Shown: one piece after another, positions 9,724 to 18,994 of the stretch
Numbering within the stretch: the first letter of the stretch is position 1
Layout: the number at the start of each line of letters is the position of its first letter
Origin: an uncultured Methanosarcinales archaeon
GTDB taxonomy: Archaea; Nanobdellota; Nanobdellia; Woesearchaeales; UBA12501
Direction: 5' to 3'
NCBI GenBank assembly: GCA_964343705.1
Contig: CAYFJX010000005.1
Span: 66,791 to 130,790 of the forward strand
Length of the DNA stretch: 64,000 nucleotides
Notes under the pieces: generated by a model
Databases searched by the model: none
What the model saw: only the letters and a program-made list of their open reading frames with translations
Told to the model about the DNA's origin: nothing
Made by a program: the position numbers and the translations under genes

Positions 9724-10929
9724 TTACCAAAAATACAATAACACTGGTAACAACAAACAAGCCATTGCTTGAATTCTTCTTACTTTAACAATTGCAGGAA
9801 TCACGCCTATTGCAGTGCTTGTGAAAAGAATGAGCAATCCAATCCATTTAGTAAGAATGATTGTCATAACAATAATAAAAAGGATGATGCTCCATACTAA
9901 TGTTGGATAATGTACTTTACTTATTAGTTTTGAGAAACACCTGCCAAAAAATAGTGCGAGAAATACACTTACTCCTCCAGCAATAAGTGTTGTGGAAAGG
10001 AATACCCCTACTTCTCTAATTCCCACTTCAGAAAGTAACTCTTGGATTGCGATAATGCTACCATTTCTCGCTTTGCCCAAGACATACAAGGTTACCATGC
10101 TGAGTACAAAGTTTGCAGTGCTTATTGAACCCATCAAGACCATAAAACCATGATCTCCTAGTTTTCGTGAGCCAGGAAGTTGCATGCTGATAGTTGCAGC
10201 AGTTGCAGCTCCAAGCCCAGGCATGAGTGCAGTGATGAAGCCTGAGAATTGTCCTGAAAGTAAGGCACGTACAGCAACTCTTTTTCGTAATTGAATTAAG
10301 GGGGATTGTTTTTGTTCTGGAATACAGCTGGTAGTTGTAAGACTTACTAGCAAGGTTGCAACACCAAACAAACCAGATAACAAAGGGAACAGGGAGTGCT
10401 TACTGTTTTGCAGGTTAAGAACTAATAACCCAAGACTACCAGCAAGAAAGAATACAAACACTGCCCAACCACGCTTGTTATCAGACCAGATCACAAAGAA
10501 AATAACAGCAAGCAGTAACCAAAACATACTTGTTGAAAGAATAGGATATGCAAGAGTAACAAGGGGAATCAGCAGTGGAAACAAGAGTACACTCAATAGT
10601 ATTGCACCAAAACTTCCAATAATAGTAAGCTTCACAGCCATTAAACCAAATCCCTTGTGCAAATAACGATGGCCTGGCAGTACACCAAGTGCAGTGGCAC
10701 TGTCAGGAGCACCAAGAAAAATAGAGGGAACAGCATCAAGAAATGTGTGTACTACTGACATGCTAATGATACATACGCAAAGAACAAGTGGTGACGTGAA
10801 CCTTAGCAAGGTGGGTGAAATTGATATAAGCATAACAGCAACTAAGTTGATGTGAATACCTGGTGTGAGGCCAGTGATGCAGCCGCAGGCAATGCCCAGG
10901 CTTACTGCAGTAATGAGTTCAATGAACAT
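9724..10929 (-). CDS. TctA-family (DUF112) integral membrane protein
   Basis: About 12 predicted TM helices. Repeated 'GxxPGxG' segments ('TGLTPGIHI', 'ALMPGLGAA') typical of TctA/DUF112. Confidence 0.65.
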   Translation of the reverse strand: MFIELITAVSLGIACGCITGLTPGIHINLVAVMLISISPTLLRFTSPLVLCVCIISMSVVHTFLDAVPSIFLGAPDSATALGVLPGHRYLHKGFGLMAVKLTIIGSFGAILLSVLLFPLLIPLVTLAYPILSTSMFWLLLAVIFFVIWSDNKRGWAVFVFFLAGSLGLLVLNLQNSKHSLFPLLSGLFGVATLLVSLTTTSCIPEQKQSPLIQLRKRVAVRALLSGQFSGFITALMPGLGAATAATISMQLPGSRKLGDHGFMVLMGSISTANFVLSMVTLYVLGKARNGSIIAIQELLSEVGIREVGVFLSTTLIAGGVSVFLALFFGRCFSKLISKVHYPTLVWSIILFIIVMTIILTKWIGLLILFTSTAIGVIPAIVKVRRIQAMACLLLPVLLYFW

Positions 10930-10944
10930 TTTTACCTCATTTTA

Positions 10945-11154
10945 GGGTGTGTCCCAAGAGTCTTTCTGAGGGGTGGCACTGCCGCAAGGTTTTATCAGGA
11001 AATCTCAAGGGGCGAAGCTCCTTGACGCATCTGAGCTTTGCTCAGATTGCGGCCGAATAATGAGGTGATTTCCGTTAACACTACGAATGAATTTGAGTAG
11101 TTAACACCGCAGTGCCACCCCTCCTGCACAAAAAGCAAGATTTGGGACACACCC
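10945..11154 (+). mobile_element. 210-bp MITE-like element, copy 1 (TIRs GGGTGTGTCCCAA / TTGGGACACACCC, subterminal GGGGTGGCACTGC / GCAGTGCCACCCC)
   Basis: The reverse complement of 53706..53915 matches this copy at 209 of 210 positions. Perfect 13-bp terminal inverted repeats. No ORF inside. Confidence 0.8.
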
Positions 11155-11199
11155 CTCATTTTACTAACATTTATATACTACATAAACTTATGTACCCCT

Positions 11200-11466
11200 A
11201 TGGAACTCAAAGCACACATGCACTATCCCACTTTGAAGACAATCCTTATGGTTGAAGCATTTCTCAAAAAGCATGAGGGGGATCTCCTAAGCAGGAATCA
11301 AATACTTCGGGGCTTGCCTAAAAAAATGGATAGGCAAACACTTAATACTATCCTTACTTATCTTGAAGCATCAGGGAAGATACTTGATGGTTCTAAAGGA
11401 ATACATTGGACATACACTCCTAAAGAGGAGATGGAAAGACTACTAAAAGATGCTCTCATCGTCTAG
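11200..11466 (+). CDS. hypothetical small protein (88 aa)
   Basis: ORF convergent with and overlapping the stop of the RelE-like gene. Possible small DNA-binding protein. Confidence 0.3.
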   Translation: MELKAHMHYPTLKTILMVEAFLKKHEGDLLSRNQILRGLPKKMDRQTLNTILTYLEASGKILDGSKGIHWTYTPKEEMERLLKDALIV

Positions 11467-11840
11467 TTTTTCTTATAACCAAATTTTTTGCTATATTTTT
11501 TATGGTCTAATACATCAAGCACAATATTTACAACTTTTATCTCATCACTCTCAATTACATATATCAGCCTCCAATGTTGGATCAGGTTGCATTTCCACAA
11601 GTTTTTAACTCTGTATTTCTGAGTATATTCTCTTGGGATTTTTCTTTTTGAAATGTGAATTCCTGCATGGGGGTTTGTTTTTAAAAGGGCTAATGTCCTG
11701 TTGATTGAACATAATAATTTCTGGGTATCTGTATTTACTTTACCTTTATCTAATTCTTCTTCTACTAAATTCTGTAGAAAGAAGTATTGTGTCTTTGCAT
11801 CATCTTTTAATGCAACTATTATTTTCTTATTCTCAAACAT
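11463..11840 (-). CDS. RelE/ParE-family toxin-like protein
   Basis: C-terminal 'LWKCNLIQHWRLIYVIESDEIKVVNIVLDVLDHKKY' matches the RelE/ParE core pattern. Confidence 0.5.
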   Translation of the reverse strand: MFENKKIIVALKDDAKTQYFFLQNLVEEELDKGKVNTDTQKLLCSINRTLALLKTNPHAGIHISKRKIPREYTQKYRVKNLWKCNLIQHWRLIYVIESDEIKVVNIVLDVLDHKKYSKKFGYKKN

Positions 11841-12040
11841 GAATAATCACCTATTTATTATCTGTCTTTTTCCTTAATAAGCGCTCCTGAACAAAAACCA
11901 AACTATTTTCGTACAACTTGAAACACTTTCGGAGTACATCAGAAGATTTACAGAAAAATCAGGAAAAATTGAATAGTTTTCGCTCCCTCTGAAACTACTT
12001 AAAAACAAACTTTAAAAATAAAACAGTCTTGTAACAGCAT

Positions 12041-12955
12041 ATGGGCATATTTTCCTTTTTTTCCAAAAAAGAAAAGAGAATAGATGAGCGACTAGCAGAA
12101 GCTGTAGATGGCCACGAATTTTCAACTGAGGTAGCACCCCAAGCAAAAAAAACATGGAAAAAACTAGCTCTCATCTTACCGGGTGGTGGTTCGCGAGGAG
12201 CGCTTGAAGTAGGAGGGATTAAAGCCCTATGGAAACATGGTATTATTCCAGATGTTATTCTAGGAAGTAGTGTTGGTTCTATTAATGGGGCAATTATGGC
12301 CTCAGGTCGCTCACCTGAAGAGCTTGAACAAATTTGGCATAAAATGACAGGTAAACTTGTCTTTCCTACTAATTACAAAATAGTTTGGCAAATGTATCGT
12401 GTACGATCAGTTGCTCTTACATCAAACATTAAACGCATTTTGAAATATTCAGTTAAAGGCGATTATTTTGAAGATTGCAAAATTCCATTCTATGCCATCA
12501 CAACAAGACTTGCTGATGGTGAACCAGTCTGGTTTAGTAAAGGACCAATTAGGGATGCGGTCATGGCAAGCTTGTCAATCCCTCCTTATTTTCCACCGCA
12601 ACTCATTGATAATATTAAGTATGTTGATGGCAGTATCAGTGGAGTCAATGGGATTAAGAAAGCTGTTGAGCTTGGATGTGACAAAATTATTGTTCTTAAT
12701 GCATCCAATACCAGTAAGCGATTTGATTTTTCAGGTATTCTTGACGTAACTTCTCACAGTCTTGATCTTATGTTCCATAAAAACATGTTGCGTGAAATGG
12801 ATTTATGTATTAGCCCGTTTAGCAACACAGAAGTTATAACGGTGCGTGTTCCATATATAGATGTGCAGGTTAATGATTTTACTAAAACCTATGAATTAAT
12901 TGAAAAAGGTGAGAGGGAAACATTACGCGTGCTGAAACAGAAAAAGATTCTCTAA
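12041..12955 (+). CDS. patatin-like phospholipase
   Basis: Oxyanion motif 'GGGSRGA'. Nucleophile elbow 'GSSVGS' (GxSxG). Catalytic Asp in 'VDGSISG'. Confidence 0.82.
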   Translation: MGIFSFFSKKEKRIDERLAEAVDGHEFSTEVAPQAKKTWKKLALILPGGGSRGALEVGGIKALWKHGIIPDVILGSSVGSINGAIMASGRSPEELEQIWHKMTGKLVFPTNYKIVWQMYRVRSVALTSNIKRILKYSVKGDYFEDCKIPFYAITTRLADGEPVWFSKGPIRDAVMASLSIPPYFPPQLIDNIKYVDGSISGVNGIKKAVELGCDKIIVLNASNTSKRFDFSGILDVTSHSLDLMFHKNMLREMDLCISPFSNTEVITVRVPYIDVQVNDFTKTYELIEKGERETLRVLKQKKIL

Positions 12956-13482
12956 AACTTATTCTTTTTTATCTTAAGATGATAACCAATCATGTTCACT
13001 ACTGGATGTAAAAGGCCGAAAAGGAGCAGGGCGATAATCAAAGCAGTAAGACTTACTGGTTGGTAGAAATGGAAGAAGAGTAATGATCCAAGTACCCAAT
13101 CAATTTGATCCCAGGGAATCCACTGTTTGCCGGGTTTCACATTTGCACGACGTTTGAAAAAACTTTTTACAGCATCCCCCATTAGAGCGCCAAAGCCAAG
13201 GAGGAAACCTATTAACAAGATATTTGTTCCAGTGTACTGTGCAATGTTAAAATCAAACGATTGTTGGAGTTGTATAGTTATCATTGCAGCAACTGTTCCA
13301 AAAAACAAGCCACGCCAGGTCTTGTGAGCTCCAAAGATTCTTTTTCCCCGCCATGATCTTCCAAAGTCCATGGGTGTGTTTAAGAAGTTAATTTTCTTAA
13401 CTAGAACTGGAGTCATGTTTGCAATGCCTGCAGGTAGCATAAACCAGAAAAGTTTCAAGATTATTTCAATCCAAGGAGTCAT
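12952..13482 (-). CDS. carS: CDP-archaeol synthase (CarS, DUF46)
   Basis: Five TM helices. 'ANMTPVL...GKRIFGAHKTWRGLFFG' matches the CarS signature. Size about 176 aa. Confidence 0.75.
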   Translation of the reverse strand: MTPWIEIILKLFWFMLPAGIANMTPVLVKKINFLNTPMDFGRSWRGKRIFGAHKTWRGLFFGTVAAMITIQLQQSFDFNIAQYTGTNILLIGFLLGFGALMGDAVKSFFKRRANVKPGKQWIPWDQIDWVLGSLLFFHFYQPVSLTALIIALLLFGLLHPVVNMIGYHLKIKKNKF

Positions 13483-13564
13483 ATGTGTGTTTGAGGGAGT
13501 ATTTTTTTATAAATATTGCCTCGTAAGCGTAAAAGTCTTAAATGAAAGCGCTTTTGCTGCGGGT

Positions 13565-14182
13565 ATGGGTGTTGAAGACAATCGTTTCAAAAGTCATGTG
13601 GATCCTGCGATTTATGGTATTTTCAGACGTATTTTTCATTTAGGTAAGAAAAAGAGTTTTCCTATTGTCAAGTCAGGTTTTACTTGTTCAGGGCATGTGT
13701 GGGAAGATGGTTTGCCTAAAGAACAAAAAAAAGAATATACCAGCATGGCAACAGGCAAGCTCGAGAAAATACATCCATTGGCGTATACGTACTTGTTGTT
13801 TCGTACTAAAGGTAAGCAGTTTGAGAATGCACTATTTCTTCATCAACGAATTGTTTCAATTAACAAGGACTTGGCCAATCCACATTATGACATTGTAGTC
13901 GAAAGTTTTAACACTAGTGATGACTTTCCTCCTGAAGAAAAAGATATTGACACGTTTGAACAAGGACATGATCACTTGCTGGTACGGTATGAAATGAAAT
14001 TCTTAAAGCCGCTTGGAAAGATTAGTGCTGATGATGCTCGCGAAGCGTTTCGCCATTTTTGGCAACAGTTCAGTGATCTTATCTGGGGTTATGAATCATG
14101 GAAACTGTTTAAGAAACGAGAAGTGATTGATAAGAACTGGTTTAGTTATCGTGGTCTGGGGAAAGATCTGTTGTTTGAGTGA
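13565..14182 (+). CDS. hypothetical protein (start uncertain; ORF opens at 13370 but overlaps carS)
   Basis: Long ORF. The first ATG that does not overlap carS is 13565 ('MGVEDNRF'). Confidence 0.45.
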   Translation: MGVEDNRFKSHVDPAIYGIFRRIFHLGKKKSFPIVKSGFTCSGHVWEDGLPKEQKKEYTSMATGKLEKIHPLAYTYLLFRTKGKQFENALFLHQRIVSINKDLANPHYDIVVESFNTSDDFPPEEKDIDTFEQGHDHLLVRYEMKFLKPLGKISADDAREAFRHFWQQFSDLIWGYESWKLFKKREVIDKNWFSYRGLGKDLLFE

Positions 14183-15135
14183 TTAGAGTGGATTATAAAA
14201 AGAATGAATTACAAGGGGTTCTGAATGAATTTGATATTTTGGATATACTACAGATTAACAAGTTTAAAAAAGGAGTAATTAATACTAGTTTTAAGGTAAC
14301 AACAAAAGACAAAGAGTATGTACTGCGTATATATTCTCGAAAAGGAAAAAAAGAGCTTGAATATGAAGTTGCGCTTCTTAATCACCTTACTGCTGCTGGT
14401 TTACCCACACCACATCTTGTCAAAAACAAAAAAAATACTTTTTTGACTAAAATAAACAAAAAGTATGCATGTTTGTATAAGTTTATTAAAGGTCAGGAAC
14501 CAAGTTTTTTAAACACTAGCCACCTTGTACAAATCGGGGAATTTTTGGCAAGATTCCATACTATTGGAGAAACATTTACGCCAATTGGTAATCGAGATCA
14601 GGCAAATCTTGGTGATATGCAAGAAGAATTTGAGAAATATTCTTCTTCATTTATGAAAACAAGCATAGCTAATAAAGATCAGTATATTAAAACAATAAAA
14701 GAAGAGCTATTTTCACTTTCACTCCCTGATCTTCCTCAAGGACCCCTTCATTTAGACATCAAAGCAGAAAATACATTATTTGAGAATGACGTACTGACAG
14801 GTATTATTGATTTTGATAATGGTTTTATTGGACCATATATTCTTGATATAGGTAAAACAATGATGTGGTTATGCTGTAAAAACGGTATAAATATTGAAAA
14901 ATGTAAAAGCCTGTTGGATGCCTATACTGAGGTAAGAAACTTATCAAACAATGAAAAAAAACATCTTTTTACTGCGCTACGGTTTGCCTTTATTGGACAT
15001 GTTTGGATTGATTTTTATTTGTTGGGTGAAGATAAACTTCCACTTGACTATGTAGAAACAACCATTCTTGGTTTGTACAATACTTATTTTAAAATTTTAA
15101 AGCAAGAAGATGCATTTAATGCGTTGCTATATTAA
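14179..15135 (+). CDS. phosphotransferase of the APH/choline-kinase/homoserine-kinase-II family
   Basis: Catalytic 'HLDIKAENTLF' (HxDxxxxN) and 'IIDFDN' (DFD metal-binding). Lys-rich N-lobe. Confidence 0.65.
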   Translation: MIRVDYKKNELQGVLNEFDILDILQINKFKKGVINTSFKVTTKDKEYVLRIYSRKGKKELEYEVALLNHLTAAGLPTPHLVKNKKNTFLTKINKKYACLYKFIKGQEPSFLNTSHLVQIGEFLARFHTIGETFTPIGNRDQANLGDMQEEFEKYSSSFMKTSIANKDQYIKTIKEELFSLSLPDLPQGPLHLDIKAENTLFENDVLTGIIDFDNGFIGPYILDIGKTMMWLCCKNGINIEKCKSLLDAYTEVRNLSNNEKKHLFTALRFAFIGHVWIDFYLLGEDKLPLDYVETTILGLYNTYFKILKQEDAFNALLY

Positions 15136-16402
15136 GTTCTTTAAATGCCTCACCAACTAGGTAGATAGAACCAGCAACAACAATCAGGCTATTTGGTCGT
15201 GTGATGGCACGTGCTTTGTCAAGTGCTTCTTTAACATTTTGTGACATAAGAATAACCTTGGTTTCTTCTTCTGGCAGGATCTTGTTGGCATTGTTGTAGG
15301 TGGTGTATATCTTTTCTGGTTCCTCGCTCCTGAAAAATTCAGGTTTTGTGAGGATTATTCTGGTGAAGTGGGGGAATAAGGTAGTTGTCATTTGTTTAAT
15401 GTCTTTGTTGTCCATTGCAGCAAAAACTAAGATGAGTTCATCATACCCAAGTCGCAGTTTAGCAAGTTCCTTGCACAGGGTCTTAACTCCTTGTAGGTTG
15501 TGTGCACAGTCAAATAAGAACTCCTTATTGTCTAGTTGTGCAAATTGCATTCGTCCAGGCCAGTGCACATTCATAAGTCCTTTATGTTGTTGTTCAACAG
15601 TTGTTGACAGTGACTCTATAAGTTGCATTGCACAATTTGCAACTGCAGCGTTTTGTTTTTGGTATTTTCCTTTGAGGTTAGTTTGTGCATAATCAATATC
15701 TTCCTGGTCAATTTTGAGGAGTCGGGCTTTTTTTTCCTGGCATACATTGTGCAACACAGTGAGTACTGTTTCATCGGTGTTGCTGGTAAGTACAGGAACA
15801 CCTTGCTTGATTATTCCTGCTTTTTCAAATGCAATTTTTTCAATGGTATCACCTAAGTGTTCAGTATGTTCAAGTGCAATGTGAGTGATAATGCTGAGCA
15901 AGGTGTTTTCTGCAGGGATAACATTGGTTGCGTCAAAGCGACCGCCTAGGCCTGTTTCAAGTACAACAATGTCAGTGTTGTTTTCTGCAAAGTAATCTAG
16001 TGCCATTACTGTGGTGACTTCAAAGAAGGTTTGATCAGTTCTCAGCTGAAGAAGTTTTTCTGCTCGTTGCTCAAGTTCATGATCTGAGATTGGTGTGTTG
16101 TTTATTTTGATGCGTTCATTGAACTTGATTAAGTGAGGGGAAGTGTAGAGTCCAACTTTTAATCCTGTTTGTTGGAGGATGCTAGCAAGCATTGCACAGG
16201 TTGAACCCTTGCCATTGGTTCCTGCAACGTGGATGACCTTGAGCTTTTTTTCTGGATTGTTAAGCTTGGTAAGGAGTTCAAAGGTAGGGTCAAGTCTCAA
16301 TTGTGACCCAAATCGTTTAAGTGAATATAATTCTTGTATTTTTGACATGTTTTTGGTGGGGTGAATGCAGGGTATATATGTATTGTTGTGTTGGGCTGAC
16401 AT
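15116..16402 (-). CDS. folC: folylpolyglutamate synthase / dihydrofolate synthase (Mur ligase family)
   Basis: P-loop 'VIHVAGTNGKGST', 'YTSPHL'. Mur ligase middle and C-terminal domains. Confidence 0.82.
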   Translation of the reverse strand: MSAQHNNTYIPCIHPTKNMSKIQELYSLKRFGSQLRLDPTFELLTKLNNPEKKLKVIHVAGTNGKGSTCAMLASILQQTGLKVGLYTSPHLIKFNERIKINNTPISDHELEQRAEKLLQLRTDQTFFEVTTVMALDYFAENNTDIVVLETGLGGRFDATNVIPAENTLLSIITHIALEHTEHLGDTIEKIAFEKAGIIKQGVPVLTSNTDETVLTVLHNVCQEKKARLLKIDQEDIDYAQTNLKGKYQKQNAAVANCAMQLIESLSTTVEQQHKGLMNVHWPGRMQFAQLDNKEFLFDCAHNLQGVKTLCKELAKLRLGYDELILVFAAMDNKDIKQMTTTLFPHFTRIILTKPEFFRSEEPEKIYTTYNNANKILPEEETKVILMSQNVKEALDKARAITRPNSLIVVAGSIYLVGEAFKELNIATH

Positions 16403-16553
16403 TTTGTAGGTGGGCTAGGTTCAGCAAATTCTTCAAAATCAAGGAATATTTTCAACTGCACAGATCTAGCATTTTTTAATCCGCCCTGAAGGGCGGTTAA
16501 AACTGTGCAATGTTTGATTGGTTTTTGAAACAGCCCAAGCTGAAACTAATTTT
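16402..16553 (+). repeat. about 152-nt intergenic element, copy A of a 2-member family (candidate structured ncRNA)
   Basis: About 75-80% identical to 42346..42500 in the same orientation. Internal GC hairpin CCGCCC-TGAA-GGGCGG is replaced in copy B by CCAGGCCGG-AAC-CCGGCCTGG (compensatory). Conserved TGGGCT...AGCCCA closing pair. Oligo-T 3' end. Confidence 0.5.
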
Positions 16554-16666
16554 CCCCCTTTACAAACCCATACCTTTATATAGCCCCTATTGCCTCTTTT
16601 CATCATCTGAGTGCCCCAAAGGGGAATTACAGCGCTGGCTGTATGTAAGTCTCGGGAGGACAAAAA

Positions 16667-17245
16667 ATGGCAGAATTAAAACTTGTAATAAATGATCCCA
16701 AAACAGGGAAGGCAGTACAGAAAGAACTTAAGGATGATGCTGTGCAGCCATTCATGGGCCTTAAAATTGGAGACAAGGTCAATGGAGAACTTCTTGACTT
16801 AACTGGTTATGAATTTGAAATTACTGGGGGTAGTGACTTTGCTGGATTCCCAATGCGGAAAGACGTGCCAGGTACTGCTCGTAAACGAATTCTCGCAATT
16901 TCTGGTGTAGGATTAAACAACAAGAAAAAATATCGTAAGAAAAAGAAGAAAGGTTTGCGTACCATGAAAGGTATGCGACAAAGAAAAACTGTTGCAGGAA
17001 ACACAGTCTTTGACAAAACTGCACAACTTAATCTGAAGGTTATCAAAGCTGGAAAAGCAGACTTGTTTGCAGCTCCAGCTCCTGAAGGTGAAGTAGCTCC
17101 TGCTGAAGGCGAAGCTCAATCTGAACAAAGTTCAGATGAGCATTTGAGCTCTGCTCAAATTGCTCCAAAAGAAGAAGCAAAGCAAGCAGAAGCACCAAAA
17201 GAAGCTCCTAAGGAAGAAGCAAAGCCTGAAGAGAAAAAGGAATAA
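16667..17245 (+). CDS. rps6e: 30S ribosomal protein S6e with Ala/Glu/Lys-rich C-terminal extension
   Basis: N-terminal 'LKLVINDPKTGKAVQ...GYEFEITGGSDFAGFPMRKDV' is canonical S6e. TATA-like 'cctttatatag' about 85 nt upstream. Confidence 0.88.
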   Translation: MAELKLVINDPKTGKAVQKELKDDAVQPFMGLKIGDKVNGELLDLTGYEFEITGGSDFAGFPMRKDVPGTARKRILAISGVGLNNKKKYRKKKKKGLRTMKGMRQRKTVAGNTVFDKTAQLNLKVIKAGKADLFAAPAPEGEVAPAEGEAQSEQSSDEHLSSAQIAPKEEAKQAEAPKEAPKEEAKPEEKKE

Positions 17246-17250
17246 CTTTC

Positions 17251-18031
17251 TTATCTTGTTTTTCTTTCTATTATTCTAAACTGCTTTAGGTAATAGTCTC
17301 TTTTTTTCTTTCTTTCAGCACCGCTCTTATGGCGTCCTGTTGCAATCCTAAAATAGTTTGCGCCTGATTCAAAGAAAGAACTTGGCCTACAATAGTTTAT
17401 GCCAGTTCTTCTACTCCTGAAATATCCTCCCTTACACAGTATGGTGTGGGATGTTGTCACGTTTACATGCACATGGGGTTCCTCGCCAGATTCTTTTGCA
17501 TTTCCTGTTTGTCCAACTCTACCAACAATAGTGTCCAAGCCTACATATTGTCCAGGGCGAACAAGCGCTTTGCTCAGGTGTGCATACACAAACTGTAAAC
17601 CACTAGGTGCCTGTATTGTCACAACCTTGCCTCTTTTTGGAAATTCATGATCACGCCCAGCATACACTACTCTGCCTGCAGCAATTGGATAGAGTGGAGT
17701 TCCATTAGGTGCTACAATGTCAACTGCAGGGTGAGGATTAATGCCTCTTTTTGCATTCCAAAATCGTCCACGTCGACCAGCACCCCAATCACCCCATGTT
17801 TTAATACGTTCTTTGGTTGCTTTTTCTCCAATTCGTAACGGGTCTTGGTATTTAGAATATTTCTTAAGGAGTTGCGCATCTGTTAATGGTTTACATCTTT
17901 TCTTTTTCTTCTTTTTTATGTGGTGTGCCTCTGCTTGAGAATATGAAACAGTGTTGTTGTGTAACTCTGTTGGTGCAAGCGTAAGTAATGAAGTCAGGAC
18001 TACTGCAGCGAATACTCTCTTTGCTTTTTTA
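17251..18031 (-). CDS. secreted M23-family (LytM-like) zinc metallopeptidase
   Basis: M23 motifs 'HPAVDIVAP' (HxxxD) and 'PHVHVNV' (HxH). Signal-peptide-like 'KKAKRVFAAVVLTSLLTLAPT'. My translation continues upstream of the Met-defined ORF (17251..17667) to about 18031, with no in-frame ATG/GTG/TTG. Confidence 0.65.
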
Positions 18032-18040
18032 CATATTGTT

Positions 18041-18994
18041 TCAAGCGATATCTTGCATCACCCATGTTCCTATATGATCTAAATCTCCAAAAACTAATCT
18101 TCCCTTTGTTGTCTTTGGCTCAATTTGTACCAATAACATTTTTGACATTGCGATTCGAGGGTCATCATTCCATTCAGCATGGTGGCTAATTGGTCCAATA
18201 CCATATTCAGCTTCTGCTTCACCAGCTCTGTGTAAATCATATAATGCCATGAGTTTGTCAATGGCAGCTTCTCCTTGCGAGGTAAGTTGTTCATGATTGG
18301 CACATTGTTCTCTGTCAGCATATTCTGCCACAACATACTTTTTGAATAAGGGTCTGTTAGTAAGGTCTGAGGTGATGACCACTTTTGCATGCATTAATGG
18401 TTTAGGGGTTATAAGTTCCACCAATCGACCTTTACGATCTTGTCTCACATCAAAGTAATGATGTGGAGGAACTATATCCCCATATCCTATTTTTTCTAAG
18501 AGCGCAGGCATGTTCATAGTGAACGGCATGTAGCCTTTGCGCAAAGGAACAACATAGTGTCCTTGAAACTCTTGTTTTTCTTTGTCTTCTGGAAGCACTA
18601 TTTTAGCAACAGCACCTTTTCCTAATTGTAATACAAGTTGCATACTTCCCTTGCCAATAACTGCAGGTGATTCTTTGCTTATAAGCCTGGTTTCTCTTGC
18701 TCGGTGTTGAATCGCAGCAAGTGCCTCCTCATCTGCTAAATCAGGGTGAGTAATGCTTCTCATTGAAGTATTTACATATGCATCAAGAACAGGACTAGCA
18801 CGTCGTGTTTCTGACTCTATGAGTTTGATAAACCTTTTCTTGGCTTTATCTAGGTTAAAGGTTTGTTGTCCTACACTAGACAAGCCTACAAGATTCCTGA
18901 GTCGGTCGGTTAGTTTCATTTTAGTCTGCAAAGGTGTATAGTTGTTCAAGCTTCTCCCTTGCTTGCTGTATTTCCTTTTTTTTTGTATCATCAC
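18041..18994 (-). CDS. atypical protein-kinase-like protein (probable start at 18919, MKLTDRL)
   Basis: G-loop-like 'IGKGSMQLV' followed by 'AVAKIV' (VAIK-like Lys). 'FGDLDH' DFG-like. Catalytic loop not canonical. Confidence 0.55.
   Translation of the reverse strand: MMIQKKRKYSKQGRSLNNYTPLQTKMKLTDRLRNLVGLSSVGQQTFNLDKAKKRFIKLIESETRRASPVLDAYVNTSMRSITHPDLADEEALAAIQHRARETRLISKESPAVIGKGSMQLVLQLGKGAVAKIVLPEDKEKQEFQGHYVVPLRKGYMPFTMNMPALLEKIGYGDIVPPHHYFDVRQDRKGRLVELITPKPLMHAKVVITSDLTNRPLFKKYVVAEYADREQCANHEQLTSQGEAAIDKLMALYDLHRAGEAEAEYGIGPISHHAEWNDDPRIAMSKMLLVQIEPKTTKGRLVFGDLDHIGTWVMQDIA

Noticed and set aside
13370-13564. Upstream extension of ORF 13370..14182
   Set aside because: It would overlap the 5' 110 nt of the convergent, motif-supported carS gene. 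A downstream ATG (13565) is more plausible.
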